Counted from the first letter of the stretch, positions 1-9,525 are shown. The stretch is DNA of 64,000 nucleotides from SAR202 cluster bacterium (GCA_009392275.1 VFGV01000011.1:78895-142894); one strand, 5' to 3'. A program made the numbers and translations. The notes: generated from the sequence alone by a model not told the origin.

Positions 1-80
1 GTATAAGTAATGCCCCTAAAACTTTCATTGGTATGTTACGGGGGGAGAATTTAGGTAAAACGCTGATTAAGGTGTCTTAA
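1..80 (+). CDS. 3' end of an MDR-family NADP-dependent oxidoreductase (partial; begins upstream of the window)
   Basis: The frame is open from the window edge to TAA at 78-80. It reads ISNAPKTFIGMLRGENLGKTLIKVS*, which resembles the C-terminal tail of PTGR1/YncB-type reductases. Only about 25 codons are visible. Confidence 0.4.
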   Translation, partial: ISNAPKTFIGMLRGENLGKTLIKVS

Positions 81-150
81 AGCCCTAATTACCATTTATT
101 GACTATTTATGCGCTCCTACTGTCATTATTTTTAGAACGATCTTTGGATC

Positions 151-360
151 TTAAGCACTGGAATTAGGGTTTTGAATAGGAGGATGGAAAAGGGGTGCCT
201 CACTATCGTCAATTTTAGCTTCATTAACTTTCAATATATGATTTGCCGCTTCTCTAATGTTATTGGCAGCAGCCTCGGTTCGTTTGGCCCCCCAAAGACT
301 AACTGCGTTTTCGGTAAGTTCAGCAATCAAAGCTAGTTTTTTGTCTTTTGACTCATTCAT
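151..360 (-). CDS. small hypothetical protein (69 aa)
   Basis: The track ORF 151-468 has an internal ATG at 360 (MNESKDKKLALIAELTEN...). A GAGGAG Shine-Dalgarno-like sequence lies about 13 nt upstream of it. The longer N-terminal extension looks non-coding. No family recognised. Confidence 0.35.
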   Translation of the reverse strand: MNESKDKKLALIAELTENAVSLWGAKRTEAAANNIREAANHILKVNEAKIDDSEAPLFHPPIQNPNSSA

Positions 361-478
361 ATTCGTATGTGGCTCCTCATAAACAAAAGTATAATGCTTT
401 ATTAATAATAGAGTCAAAGGTAAAATAAACGATACTGATTTAAGCTTATTTAAATCATTGGAGAGCATTGGAAAGAAA

Positions 479-508
479 TTGACCCCAATATGTGGGCGCT
501 AATATAAT
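479..508 (+). promoter_or_regulatory. sigma70-like promoter upstream of rpmH
   Basis: TTGACC (479-484), an 18-nt spacer, then TATAAT (503-508), about 27 nt upstream of the rpmH ATG at 535. Confidence 0.45.
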
Positions 509-534
509 CGGATTGGAAATTAACACAAAAAGTT

Positions 535-678
535 ATGTCTAAAAGAACTTACCAACCAAAAAATCGTCGTCGTATGAGAGTTCACGGATTTAGGTCCAGA
601 ATGAAAACTCGTGCAGGCCGAAACGTCCTCAAAAGACGCACCTTTAAAGGTCGTAAGCAGCTTACAGTTCAGGTATAG
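535..678 (+). CDS. rpmH: 50S ribosomal protein L34
   Basis: A 47-codon ORF absent from the track because it is under 60 aa. It reads [47 protein letters not shown], the canonical L34 sequence. It sits directly upstream of rnpA, as in most bacteria. Confidence 0.95.
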   Translation: MSKRTYQPKNRRRMRVHGFRSRMKTRAGRNVLKRRTFKGRKQLTVQV

Positions 679-710
679 ATTAATAGTAATTATCAATCTA
701 GCGTAATACA

Positions 711-1070
711 TTGCCTACAATTCAAAGTCTTCGAAAAAAATTGGATTTCCAAAGGGTAATGAAATCGGGTGAAAGTTGGTCGGATAGAAAGTTTGTATTG
801 GTGGCTTCGAGCCAAACACCTTCTCTTATCGCGACCAGATTTGGTTTTTCAGTTAGTAAACGTATAGGGAACGCTGTTATACGTAATCAAATGAAGCGCA
901 GATTGCGGGTTATTGTGTCTGGATTTGATTATATTGGAGGATGGGATGCGATTTTGATAGCACGGAAAGGCTCTATAGGCTGTAATTATAAAGAAATAGA
1001 AATATCGGTATCGAAGTTATTAATAAAATCTGGCATGACGGCTAATCGGCTAGAATCTAAAGAGAGATAA
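711..1070 (+). CDS. rnpA: ribonuclease P protein component
   Basis: TTG start. Contains FGFSVSKRIGNAVIRNQMKRRLR, the RNase P protein RNR-type motif. Conserved position between rpmH and yidD. Confidence 0.9.
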   Translation: MPTIQSLRKKLDFQRVMKSGESWSDRKFVLVASSQTPSLIATRFGFSVSKRIGNAVIRNQMKRRLRVIVSGFDYIGGWDAILIARKGSIGCNYKEIEISVSKLLIKSGMTANRLESKER

Positions 1071-1075
1071 ATACG

Positions 1076-1285
1076 ATGAAAAAGTTTACCCTGCTGATAA
1101 TAACGTTTTATCAGCAGCACATTTCTCCATATTTAGGGATTATGTGTAGGCATGAGCCAACATGCTCCAATTATGCATATCAAGCAATATTGAAACATGG
1201 TGTGATCACGGGTTCGCTTATGGCGGTTACTCGGCTATTTAACTGTCGTCCTTTTGGCAAAACCGGATATGATCCAGTGCCGTAA
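1076..1285 (+). CDS. yidD: membrane protein insertion efficiency factor YidD
   Basis: 69 aa. FYQQHISPYLGIMCRHEPTCSNYAYQAI matches the YidD signature (C-R-x-x-P-[TS]-CS-x-Y). Confidence 0.9.
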   Translation: MKKFTLLIITFYQQHISPYLGIMCRHEPTCSNYAYQAILKHGVITGSLMAVTRLFNCRPFGKTGYDPVP

Positions 1286-1307
1286 TTGAAAAAATGGATT
1301 TATACTT

Positions 1308-2483
1308 TTGAATCAGAAAAATATAGTTAGTTTGAATTATCAATTAGGCTCATTTAAGTCAATACACCTGCTTATTCTTATTTTGGCGGGTATAGTTATG
1401 TTTGCATGTGTTCCTGGAGGTGCATGCGGAGGGATTGCACGACCTGAAGGTTGGTCTAGTGGAGTCATAGAGGACAACATTCTTTACACTGGCACCATGC
1501 AGGGTGAAATCATAGCAATAGATGCAGTCTCTGGTGATTATATATGGCATTTTGAACCGTCAATTGGTGAAGAAAGTAACAGGGCGTTTTATGGTGACCC
1601 CGTTATTGTTGGTGATCTAATTTATGTTGCGGGTTATGATGGTTATTTATACGCATTATCTAAATTCGATGGTAGTTTATGGGAACAGCCAATCCCAATC
1701 GGTGAAAACAGAGACAACATTGTTGGTGGCGTAGAGTATGGTGAAGGGATACTGCTAGTGGGTTCATCAGATGGCAGCATCTATGGATTTGATATTGAAG
1801 ATAACTCAAACTTGTGGACCTTTGAGACTGGTTCCAAAATTTGGACTAAGCCGTTAATCTCAGAAGGCCAGGTATTTTTTGGATCGCTGGATAAAAACTT
1901 TTATGCTCTGGATTTAAATGATGGTTCCTTAAATTGGAGTTTTGAAACTGGAGGCGCGATAATTACGCCTCCAAGTAAAGCAGCCAACATAATTTTATTC
2001 GGCAGTTTTGATGGAGTATTTTATGCATTGGACGCAGACTCTGGGGACGAGTTATGGCGTTTTACAGGGGCTGAGGGATGGTATTGGGGTAAGCCAGCAA
2101 CTTCTGAAACACATGTATATGCACCATCGCTCGATGGAAACATATACGCAATAGAGATCGGTAGCGGAAAATTAACATGGAAAGCGGAAACAGATGGACC
2201 AATAATTGGATCGCCAATAATTTATGAAGAATGGATTATATTTGGGTCTGATGATGGAAAGCTAAGGGTGGTTTCATTAAAAACAGGAGCTAGCCAAAAG
2301 CGTTGTAATATAGGGCATAAATTGCGTACTAGTATTGCAAAAGGAGAGGGGGCTATATATATGGGCCTCTCTAATCGCACCATAATTGGCATAAATATAA
2401 AAGCAAATGGTGATCCGGATGAAAAATGGAATTATGTTACTGAGGATCACAATATTGATCTTGATCGAGCTAAAGCATGTTGA
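1308..2483 (+). CDS. PQQ-like beta-propeller repeat protein (BamB-like) with an N-terminal hydrophobic/lipobox-like segment
   Basis: Repeated motifs of the type G-x-[LIV]-Y-A-[LI]-D-x-x-[DS]-G-x-x-x-W (YALSKFDGSLW, YGFDIEDNSNLW, YALDLNDGSLNW, YALDADSGDELW, YAIEIGSGKLTW). The N-terminus has a hydrophobic stretch ending in FAC. TTG start. Confidence 0.8.
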   Translation: MNQKNIVSLNYQLGSFKSIHLLILILAGIVMFACVPGGACGGIARPEGWSSGVIEDNILYTGTMQGEIIAIDAVSGDYIWHFEPSIGEESNRAFYGDPVIVGDLIYVAGYDGYLYALSKFDGSLWEQPIPIGENRDNIVGGVEYGEGILLVGSSDGSIYGFDIEDNSNLWTFETGSKIWTKPLISEGQVFFGSLDKNFYALDLNDGSLNWSFETGGAIITPPSKAANIILFGSFDGVFYALDADSGDELWRFTGAEGWYWGKPATSETHVYAPSLDGNIYAIEIGSGKLTWKAETDGPIIGSPIIYEEWIIFGSDDGKLRVVSLKTGASQKRCNIGHKLRTSIAKGEGAIYMGLSNRTIIGINIKANGDPDEKWNYVTEDHNIDLDRAKAC

Positions 2484-2504
2484 TGCTAAGCGAGGATATG
2501 TAGA

Positions 2505-3419
2505 ATGGAATTTTTAGGTAGTATCTGGAATGGAGGAATTATCAGGCCAATGATAAACAGCCTGGTGATTCTTTATGAAGTGGCCTTTTCTAATTTCGGC
2601 ATATCGATAATATTATTTACATTAATAATACGCGCAATCCTGTTTCCATTAACTGTTAAACAAAGCAAACAAATGAAAGCGATGCAAGCGATACAGCCTA
2701 AGCTTAAATCGATGCAGGAAAGGTATAAAAACGATCGTCAAAAAGTATCTCAGGAAACGATGCGCATATACAGAGAGAATGGTATTAACCCACTTGGGTG
2801 CCTGGGCCCAATGTTTATACAATTCCCGATTTGGATTGGTTTATATCAAGCTATAATACAAACACTTCCGTCCACTCCGGAACGACTAGCAACTCTGTCT
2901 AACAAACTATATTGGTGGCTTCCTTCTGTACATAAGGCAGTGCCAATAAACGGAGACTTTTTGGGGCTTGATTTGGCAGTTCCAGATCCTACCCGCATAA
3001 TATTGCCTGTACTGGTTGGCGTATCAATGTTTGTAATGCAAAAAATGACTACTATGCCGTCGACATCTCCTCAACAAGACTCAACAAATCGTATGATGTT
3101 ATGGATGATGCCGGTTATGTTTGGATTTTTTACGATACAATTTCCAAGTGGGCTGGCGATTTATTGGATAGTTTCAAATATTGTGGGAATTGTCATTCAA
3201 GGATTTGTAACGGGATGGGACCCCATACTTAAAATACTTAATTTTCAGGTTGTATCACAACCTTCTCCTGCAGCAGCATTAGCTTCTTCAGGAGACGAAG
3301 AGGTAGCAAATGAAAAAGAACAATATAGTGACGACAGCGAGGACCGTCGAAGACGCAATCGAGTTAGCGCTAAAGCAGTTAGACGTAAATCGAGAAGAAG
3401 TAGAAATAGACGTCGTTAG
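2505..3419 (+). CDS. yidC: membrane protein insertase YidC (short, Gram-positive/Oxa1-like type) with a highly basic C-terminal tail
   Basis: Conserved YidC core (LTVKQSKQMKAMQAIQPKLKSMQERYK, NPLGCLGPMFIQFPIWIGLY, FPSGLAIYWIVSNI). The tail reads RRRRNRVSAKAVRRKSRRSRNRRR*. The 3' end overlaps jag by 110 nt. Confidence 0.9.
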   Translation: MEFLGSIWNGGIIRPMINSLVILYEVAFSNFGISIILFTLIIRAILFPLTVKQSKQMKAMQAIQPKLKSMQERYKNDRQKVSQETMRIYRENGINPLGCLGPMFIQFPIWIGLYQAIIQTLPSTPERLATLSNKLYWWLPSVHKAVPINGDFLGLDLAVPDPTRIILPVLVGVSMFVMQKMTTMPSTSPQQDSTNRMMLWMMPVMFGFFTIQFPSGLAIYWIVSNIVGIVIQGFVTGWDPILKILNFQVVSQPSPAAALASSGDEEVANEKEQYSDDSEDRRRRNRVSAKAVRRKSRRSRNRRR

Positions 3420-3975
3420 TAGAGGAAAACCTGGGCTGCTCGGCATAGGGTCTGAAGAGGCGCAAGTCAGGGTTAGTATCGTTGATTTCGGGCCTGACGA
3501 AATTGCGGGTGATGTGGTCAAAACAGTGTCCAATGTACTGGATAATTTATTAAACTTGATGGGTGTGGATGCTGTATCAACCTTAAGGCATGCTATTGGA
3601 GAAGATGGAGGTGGGCCTGTATTTAATGTGGAAGGCGAGGATTCGGGACTTTTAATTGGCCGTAGAGGCGAAACTTTAAGAGGATTGCAATTCTTGGTTA
3701 ATTTTATATCAAACATTGAACTTGGATTTAGGCCTGAAGCAATAATTGATGTGGGTGGATATCAGGAACGAAGGAAGAAATCTCTTCAAAATATGGCAAG
3801 AAATGTATCGCTAAAAGTAGCTCAAAGTGGCAGATCGATAACACTGGAACCAATGAGTGCTTATGACCGTAGACTAGTTCATCTGGCGTTATCGGATAAC
3901 CCTGAAGTTATTACTCAGAGTGCTGGCTCGGGAGTTGATAGGCAGGTTGTAGTAAGTCCTGCTGACATAGACTAG
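3310..3975 (+). CDS. khpB: RNA-binding protein Jag/KhpB (Jag_N + KH + R3H)
   Basis: N-terminus TARTVEDAIELALKQLDVNREEVEIDVVSRGKPGLLGIG is the Jag_N signature. GRRGETLRGLQFLV is KH-like. The C-terminal segment EPMSAYDRRLVHLAL is R3H-like. Confidence 0.9.
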   Translation: MKKNNIVTTARTVEDAIELALKQLDVNREEVEIDVVSRGKPGLLGIGSEEAQVRVSIVDFGPDEIAGDVVKTVSNVLDNLLNLMGVDAVSTLRHAIGEDGGGPVFNVEGEDSGLLIGRRGETLRGLQFLVNFISNIELGFRPEAIIDVGGYQERRKKSLQNMARNVSLKVAQSGRSITLEPMSAYDRRLVHLALSDNPEVITQSAGSGVDRQVVVSPADID

Positions 3976-3997
3976 TAATACTTGGAAAGGATTTCAC

Positions 3998-4783
3998 ATG
4001 ACAAGTGACTCAGATTTTGAATTACGAAACCTTTCTACTGTTCAATGTTCTATTAACAATCATGTGGGTTTGATTAGAATTCAAGGCAAAGATGAGTCGA
4101 ATCGAATTAATCAACTAATGGTTGCCGAATTAAAAGAAGCAATTAGCAGCTTCGATGATAACCCTACCGTTCGGGCCATAGTTTTGTCTGCTAATGGTAG
4201 TAACTTTTCATATGGATCAGCTTTGAAAGGTTCATATAAAGGTATCGATTTGCACTCTTATCGAATATCTTCCCATCTCGCTAATACCAGAACAATCACT
4301 ATAGCATCTCTTCATGGTAAAGTTTTGGACCAAGGATTAGAATTGGCTTTAGCCTGTGACATCCGGTTTGCAGCTAGAGAAACAAAATTTGGTTTAACTA
4401 ACATTAAATCTGGTTGTATGCCATGGGATGGTGGCACACAAAGACTTACCCGCTTGATTGGTCCTTCACGTGCTTTATATATGATGCTCACTGGGGTAAC
4501 AATTGATGCAATGCAGGCTTTAGAGTATGGACTAGTATCCGATATTACATCTGAGCTAAATGATGAAGAATTGTCGCTTGAATTTGGCAAAACAGTTTCT
4601 AATCATGGACCGATAGCAGTGGAATATTTAAAAGAGGCAGTTAATTCAGGTTCCGATCTCAATCTTGAAGAAGGAATGCGTCTGGAACTTGATCTGGCCA
4701 CATTACTGCACTCAACTAATGATAGAGCTGAAGGCTTGCTCGCATTTGCTGAGAAAAGGAAGCCGGAGTTTCAGGGTGACTGA
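3998..4783 (+). CDS. enoyl-CoA hydratase/isomerase (crotonase) family protein
   Basis: Crotonase core: GLELALACDIRFAARETKFGLTNIKSGCMPWDGGTQRLTRLIG. Confidence 0.85.
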   Translation: MTSDSDFELRNLSTVQCSINNHVGLIRIQGKDESNRINQLMVAELKEAISSFDDNPTVRAIVLSANGSNFSYGSALKGSYKGIDLHSYRISSHLANTRTITIASLHGKVLDQGLELALACDIRFAARETKFGLTNIKSGCMPWDGGTQRLTRLIGPSRALYMMLTGVTIDAMQALEYGLVSDITSELNDEELSLEFGKTVSNHGPIAVEYLKEAVNSGSDLNLEEGMRLELDLATLLHSTNDRAEGLLAFAEKRKPEFQGD

Positions 4784-5504
4784 TAAATCTATTGTATATA
4801 GCAAAAAAAACTCTATTGTTAGCATAAAATTGAATCGGCCAGAATCAATAAATGCAATTACTCAATCTATGAGAGATTTAATCTATGATGCATTAATGGC
4901 TTACTCATATGACGAAGAGGCTAAAGCTTGTGTTATTTATGGAGCAGGAGAAAAAGGCTTCTGTTCTGGTGCTGATTTAATTGAATTTGGCAAGAGTAAA
5001 TCTCAAGCAGAATCTAGAAAGATCAGAAAGCAAAGAGATCTGTGGGGACTATTAAGTCAGATTAAAAAACCCCTGATAGCAGCAGTTCATGGATACGTCA
5101 TAGGGGCTGGGCTCGAGATAACTTCTTTGTGTGACATTAGGATTTCTGCTGAAGATGCGGTGTTTGCTATGCCAGAAGTGGCACATGGTTTTATACCAGG
5201 TGCAGGTGGAACACAAAGCTTTCCAAGAGCAATCGGCAAGACACATGCTATGAGACAGTTTTTGGGCGATAGACATGATCGTATGACTGCAAAAAGAGCC
5301 TATGAGCTTGGCTTGTTACATAAAATTGTTTCTTACGATGATTTATTAAAAACCGCATTCTCTTTTGCTGAAGACATTTCTCTTAATGACCTAACGTTAT
5401 TAACTGCTATTAAAACCGCAGCAATCGATGGGTGGTATAAGCCAATTTCTATTGGGTTAGACCTAGAAAACAGATTGATGGAAAAGGTGAAATTGAATAA
5501 CTAA
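4776..5504 (+). CDS. enoyl-CoA hydratase/isomerase (crotonase) family protein
   Basis: Crotonase core: GAGLEITSLCDIRISAEDAVFAMPEVAHGFIPGAGGTQSFPRAIG. I place the start at GTG 4776, with GGAG 7 nt upstream and an 8-nt overlap (GTGACTGA) with the upstream stop. The track start at 4665 would lie inside the preceding gene. Confidence 0.8.
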   Translation: MTDKSIVYSKKNSIVSIKLNRPESINAITQSMRDLIYDALMAYSYDEEAKACVIYGAGEKGFCSGADLIEFGKSKSQAESRKIRKQRDLWGLLSQIKKPLIAAVHGYVIGAGLEITSLCDIRISAEDAVFAMPEVAHGFIPGAGGTQSFPRAIGKTHAMRQFLGDRHDRMTAKRAYELGLLHKIVSYDDLLKTAFSFAEDISLNDLTLLTAIKTAAIDGWYKPISIGLDLENRLMEKVKLNN

Positions 5505-5506
5505 AA

Positions 5507-7045
5507 ATGAACTTCTCAGAAACTCTTTCTATAGTGTCTGAAATTATGCCCGACAGGGTTGCGACAGTATTCGACAATGAATTTACTTCATACTCCATGT
5601 TAGATCATGAGGTAAATCTTATTGCATCAGGACTAATGTCAATGGGGGTTAATCCTGGAGACAGAGTTGCATTTCTAGATGTTAACACAGATAGACAGAT
5701 CAAATTGATTTACAGCATTGCTAGAGCGGGAGGCATATCTGTACCAATAAATTATCGAGCCAAATCATCTGAAATAGAATTCTGTATAAATGACTCTGGA
5801 GCTTCGGTCATTGTGGTCGGGCCTGATTATCATGAAATGGTTCTATCTATTGTAGGCAGTATAAAAAATGAGCTCACTTTGATTTCATTTCAAAGCAACC
5901 CATGTTCGGAGAATTGGATCCCTTATGAAGATATTATTAAAAACAAAAATGATGTTTACCCTATAACTGATGCTAAAGACCCAGCGATAATACTTTATAC
6001 TTCAGGCACTACTGGCCGTCCCAAAGGCGTTACATTAACTCATCAATCAATAACAGACAGACTACTTAATAGTATTTTTCCTGATATGGAAAATAATGAA
6101 GTCGTTTTACTCAGCATGCCACTTTATCATGTTGCAGGGATGCACATTTTATTTGCTTCGATTTATGAAGGTCGAAGGTTAGTAATTCAGCGTCAATTTC
6201 ATTCCAAAGAATGGTTTGAATTAATTGAAGAACATAAAATTTCCAGGACAACCCTGGTCCCTACAATGCTCAAGATGATTCTAGAAGATCAATCTTTCAG
6301 TGCAACAAACCTTTCTAGTCTCAGGATGATTACCTATGGCGCGGCCCCCATGCCCTTAAACGTTATAACTGAAGCCATTCGAAGATTGCCACACGTTGGT
6401 TTTATTAATGCATTTGGTCAAACTGAGTCTGGCTCTACAATTGCCGCATTAACACCTGAAGATCATGTTTTGGATGGCACCGAATCTGAGATTGAGCAAA
6501 AACTTAATAGATTGAGTTCTATAGGCAAACCTTTGGAAGGAGTAGATGTACGTATTTATTCTAATCAAACAAATATGCTTCCTGGTCATGTTGGAGAAAT
6601 ACTAGTGCGCTCTGATCAGATTATGGATGGATACTGGAATGACAAGAATTTGTCTTGCTCAGTCATCAATGAAGGATGGTTAAATACTGGAGACATGGGA
6701 TATATCGATGAAGATGGATACATCTTTCTCAAAGGAAGAACAAAAGACTTTATCAAACGAGGAGGAGAACGCATCTCACCTCATGAAGTCGAAATGGTTT
6801 TATTGCAACATGCTGGCGTTAAAGAAACTGCGGTAATAGGAAAACCCGATATGCATTGGGGTGAGATTATTGTGGCTTTCGTTATCAAATCAGAAGGCTC
6901 AAATGTTACCGAAAATGACCTTATATTACATTGTAAACAAGTTTTATCGAGTTTCAAAAAACCGGAGGAGATAATTTTTATTGAAACAATGCCTAAAAAC
7001 GCATTAGGTAAAATTTTAAAAAAAGATCTCCGAAATTTATTTTGA
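5507..7045 (+). CDS. AMP-dependent acyl-CoA synthetase/ligase (ANL superfamily)
   Basis: AMP-binding motif ILYTSGTTGRPKGVTLTH. Also has GQTESG, TGDMGYIDEDGYIFLKGRTKDFIKRGGERISPHEVE and a C-terminal KILKKDLR. Confidence 0.9.
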   Translation: MNFSETLSIVSEIMPDRVATVFDNEFTSYSMLDHEVNLIASGLMSMGVNPGDRVAFLDVNTDRQIKLIYSIARAGGISVPINYRAKSSEIEFCINDSGASVIVVGPDYHEMVLSIVGSIKNELTLISFQSNPCSENWIPYEDIIKNKNDVYPITDAKDPAIILYTSGTTGRPKGVTLTHQSITDRLLNSIFPDMENNEVVLLSMPLYHVAGMHILFASIYEGRRLVIQRQFHSKEWFELIEEHKISRTTLVPTMLKMILEDQSFSATNLSSLRMITYGAAPMPLNVITEAIRRLPHVGFINAFGQTESGSTIAALTPEDHVLDGTESEIEQKLNRLSSIGKPLEGVDVRIYSNQTNMLPGHVGEILVRSDQIMDGYWNDKNLSCSVINEGWLNTGDMGYIDEDGYIFLKGRTKDFIKRGGERISPHEVEMVLLQHAGVKETAVIGKPDMHWGEIIVAFVIKSEGSNVTENDLILHCKQVLSSFKKPEEIIFIETMPKNALGKILKKDLRNLF

Positions 7046-7067
7046 ATTAACTATTTTAATGAGATTA

Positions 7068-8327
7068 TCAGTCAATCTTGTCGAAACCTGTATATTTTCT
7101 TAAGACCTCCGGGATAATCACAGACCCATCGTCTTGCTGATAATTTTCGATTATTGCAATTAATATTCGTGGTATAGCCAACCCTGAGCCGTTTAAGGTG
7201 TGGGGATATATAGGTTTCGCTCCTAATTCTGGCCTATATCTTATGTTTGCTCGTCTTGATTGAAAATCATCGCAATTTGAACAACTACTAACTTCTAGCC
7301 ATTCTTGACTACCAGGAGCCCAAACTTCTAGGTCATAAGTTTTTACAGCGGAAAAACCCAAATCTCCTGCACAAAGCTCCACCAATCTATAGGTTAATTC
7401 TAACTCTCGTATAATTGTTGCTGCATCATCTACCAGTTTAAAAAGTTCTTGATCGGAGTCTAGAGGCCTAACGAATTTATACATTTCGACTTTATCAAAT
7501 TGATGCACCCTCTTAATGCCTCTAGTTTGACTTCCGGCAGCTGCTTTTTCTCTTCTAAAACAAGGTGTATGAGCAACAAATTGAGAGGGTATTTGGTCTG
7601 GGTTTAGTATTTCATCTCTAAACATACTAGTTATTGGAACTTCAGCCGTCGGTATTAACCACAAATCATCTTCTTGGTCGTGATACATAGTTTCACTAAA
7701 TTTTGGTAGATGTCCGCTTCCTGTGACGGTGTCGGTGTTCACTAAGTAAGGCAGATACAGTTCTTTGTAGCCATGCTTCTCGGTATGAGTATCTAGCATC
7801 CAGGATATTAGTGAACGTTGTAATTTTGCCAATTTATTATTAAGTACATAAAACCTTGATCCTGATATTTTTGCTGAGGCCGACAGGTCAATTAGCCCTA
7901 ATTTGTTTGAGATTTCCCAGTAAGAAGCAGGGTTTTTGATAGATTCAATAGAACTTTTTAGAGTGCGGACAATTTGATTTGATGACTCATCGGTACCGTC
8001 AGGGACGTTATTCCTAGGGATATTTGGTAATGTCAAAATTATGGTACGAATATCTTGTTGAGTAGTTTTGTATTCAGCCTCGAGTTGTTTCACTTTTTGG
8101 CCTAAGGCTTTCATTTGACTAATCAGTGTTTTACTAGGGTTTTTTTCAAGACCAATCTGGTGGCTAGATTTTTTCCTTTCAGATCTTAGATTATCTAATT
8201 CTTGTTGAATTGATTTACGTTTATTGTCTAATGAAACCAACTTATTAATAGGAGGCTCCTCCCCTCGTCGACGAATGGCATTTAGAACGTTTTCTGTGTC
8301 CGACTGGATAAGCTCTATGTTTAACAT
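7068..8327 (-). CDS. serS: seryl-tRNA synthetase
   Basis: N-terminal coiled-coil arm, then class II motifs (FRREKAAAGSQTRGIKRVHQFDKVE; TLNGSGLAIPRILIAIIENYQ). Confidence 0.95.
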   Translation of the reverse strand: MLNIELIQSDTENVLNAIRRRGEEPPINKLVSLDNKRKSIQQELDNLRSERKKSSHQIGLEKNPSKTLISQMKALGQKVKQLEAEYKTTQQDIRTIILTLPNIPRNNVPDGTDESSNQIVRTLKSSIESIKNPASYWEISNKLGLIDLSASAKISGSRFYVLNNKLAKLQRSLISWMLDTHTEKHGYKELYLPYLVNTDTVTGSGHLPKFSETMYHDQEDDLWLIPTAEVPITSMFRDEILNPDQIPSQFVAHTPCFRREKAAAGSQTRGIKRVHQFDKVEMYKFVRPLDSDQELFKLVDDAATIIRELELTYRLVELCAGDLGFSAVKTYDLEVWAPGSQEWLEVSSCSNCDDFQSRRANIRYRPELGAKPIYPHTLNGSGLAIPRILIAIIENYQQDDGSVIIPEVLRKYTGFDKID

Positions 8328-8343
8328 TTTGATTTAATCGAGT

Positions 8344-9501
8344 TCAACTTAACTCTTCTTGTAACCTTTTGAGTATTAAATGTTCGTCACCATCATCTAC
8401 AGTTTGTATTCGTATTATGAGTGAATTAGGAACGTTATCAGTTCTTAGATGGATGATTGGGTCGCCATTTTTAAGAACATTTTCTAATTCATCTGCTGAT
8501 AACTTACATGAATTTTTATCGATTATAAGCCTTAAGCCTTCGATCATGCCCTTGGACGGAAAGTCAGTTACCGTTATGCCTGGAAGACGTGCAATTTCAT
8601 CTCGAATCTTATTTAGTCTTATTTCATAGTTTGCCAAACGTGATTCATGGTCCATTTTAAGCCATTCTTCCAGTGCCACCAAAGTTCCTACTACCGTCTG
8701 GCGGTCCATTTTTATAGAGCGGCCGAAAACCCTAGTATTTTCATATTCGAAACCGACAAAGCTTAATCTATATGCAAGTCGCATTAGATGCTCATTGGCC
8801 CCTACTAGTAAGCCGCTAGTATTTAAACCTTCAAAATATTTTCCGCCGTATCCGACCAAATCAGCTCCATTTTGAGCATAGTGACTTAATCGATCCGTTG
8901 GATATACTTGACCAGCTGCATCTATTAATAAAGGCAAATTATTTCGATGTGCCAACTTCACTAGTTTGTTAAATGGGACAATATCATTTCTTTGTTCTCT
9001 TTCATGTGGATCATCATATAATCCTCCTGCCAGATAATGAATGCCAGCTGTGTTTTCGGTGATTGCTGCCTCAATATCTTTTTCTGTAGTGTTTTGTTCA
9101 TTGCCAACTTCGATTAATACTCCCCCAGGTACAGTTACAGCCTTGTCATAACTTACCCGCAACTGTTTTTGTATTATGAATTCATTCGGCAGCCCAGTTA
9201 CATCGGGTAATTTTTCAATATCATCTTCATTATTTCTTGTAATGCATGCAGCAGCCCCAAGTGAAAGAGCAGCTGAACAGCCTGGTGTGACCATGGCGAA
9301 AGGCACATTTAACATTTCTGCGATTCGGTCGCCCGAAACCTTAACTAATTCGCTCATTTTTACGTAGTCAAGAGAGGCATCTTCCATTGCCTGCTTTACT
9401 ATTACTGAAGGGTTATTGCCACCAATCGCAGTCGGGTGGCCATGGGCATTTATGACGGGCTTAATTCCTAAAGTTTTATATATTTTGCTCTGTCCAGCCA
9501 T
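8344..9501 (-). CDS. SelA-like / DgaE-like fold-type I PLP-dependent enzyme (lacks the SelA N-terminal tRNA-binding domain)
   Basis: PVINAHGHPTAIGGNNPS resembles the SelA core start (v-I-N-A-T-G-x-x-x-H-T-N-L-G). GADLVGYGGKYFEGLNTSGLLVG resembles the SelA PLP-lysine region (S-G-D-K-L-L-G-G-P-Q-A-G). At 385 aa it is about 80 aa shorter than authentic SelA. Confidence 0.65.
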   Translation of the reverse strand: MAGQSKIYKTLGIKPVINAHGHPTAIGGNNPSVIVKQAMEDASLDYVKMSELVKVSGDRIAEMLNVPFAMVTPGCSAALSLGAAACITRNNEDDIEKLPDVTGLPNEFIIQKQLRVSYDKAVTVPGGVLIEVGNEQNTTEKDIEAAITENTAGIHYLAGGLYDDPHEREQRNDIVPFNKLVKLAHRNNLPLLIDAAGQVYPTDRLSHYAQNGADLVGYGGKYFEGLNTSGLLVGANEHLMRLAYRLSFVGFEYENTRVFGRSIKMDRQTVVGTLVALEEWLKMDHESRLANYEIRLNKIRDEIARLPGITVTDFPSKGMIEGLRLIIDKNSCKLSADELENVLKNGDPIIHLRTDNVPNSLIIRIQTVDDGDEHLILKRLQEELS

Positions 9502-9525
9502 TTTTAATTTAACAACCTTTCTTTA

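Noticed and set aside
520-711. 63-aa minus-strand ORF from the track
   Set aside because: It is the antisense shadow of rpmH (535-678, +), whose product is an unmistakable L34 sequence.
3288-3716. 142-aa minus-strand ORF rich in Ser/Pro/Thr
   Set aside because: It is antisense to the well-supported yidC tail and jag genes. Its low-complexity composition is typical of a shadow frame.
4665-4775. N-terminal extension of the second crotonase (track start 4665)
   Set aside because: It would overlap the preceding crotonase by 119 nt and encodes non-crotonase sequence. GTG 4776 with GGAG 7 nt upstream gives a canonical N-terminus.
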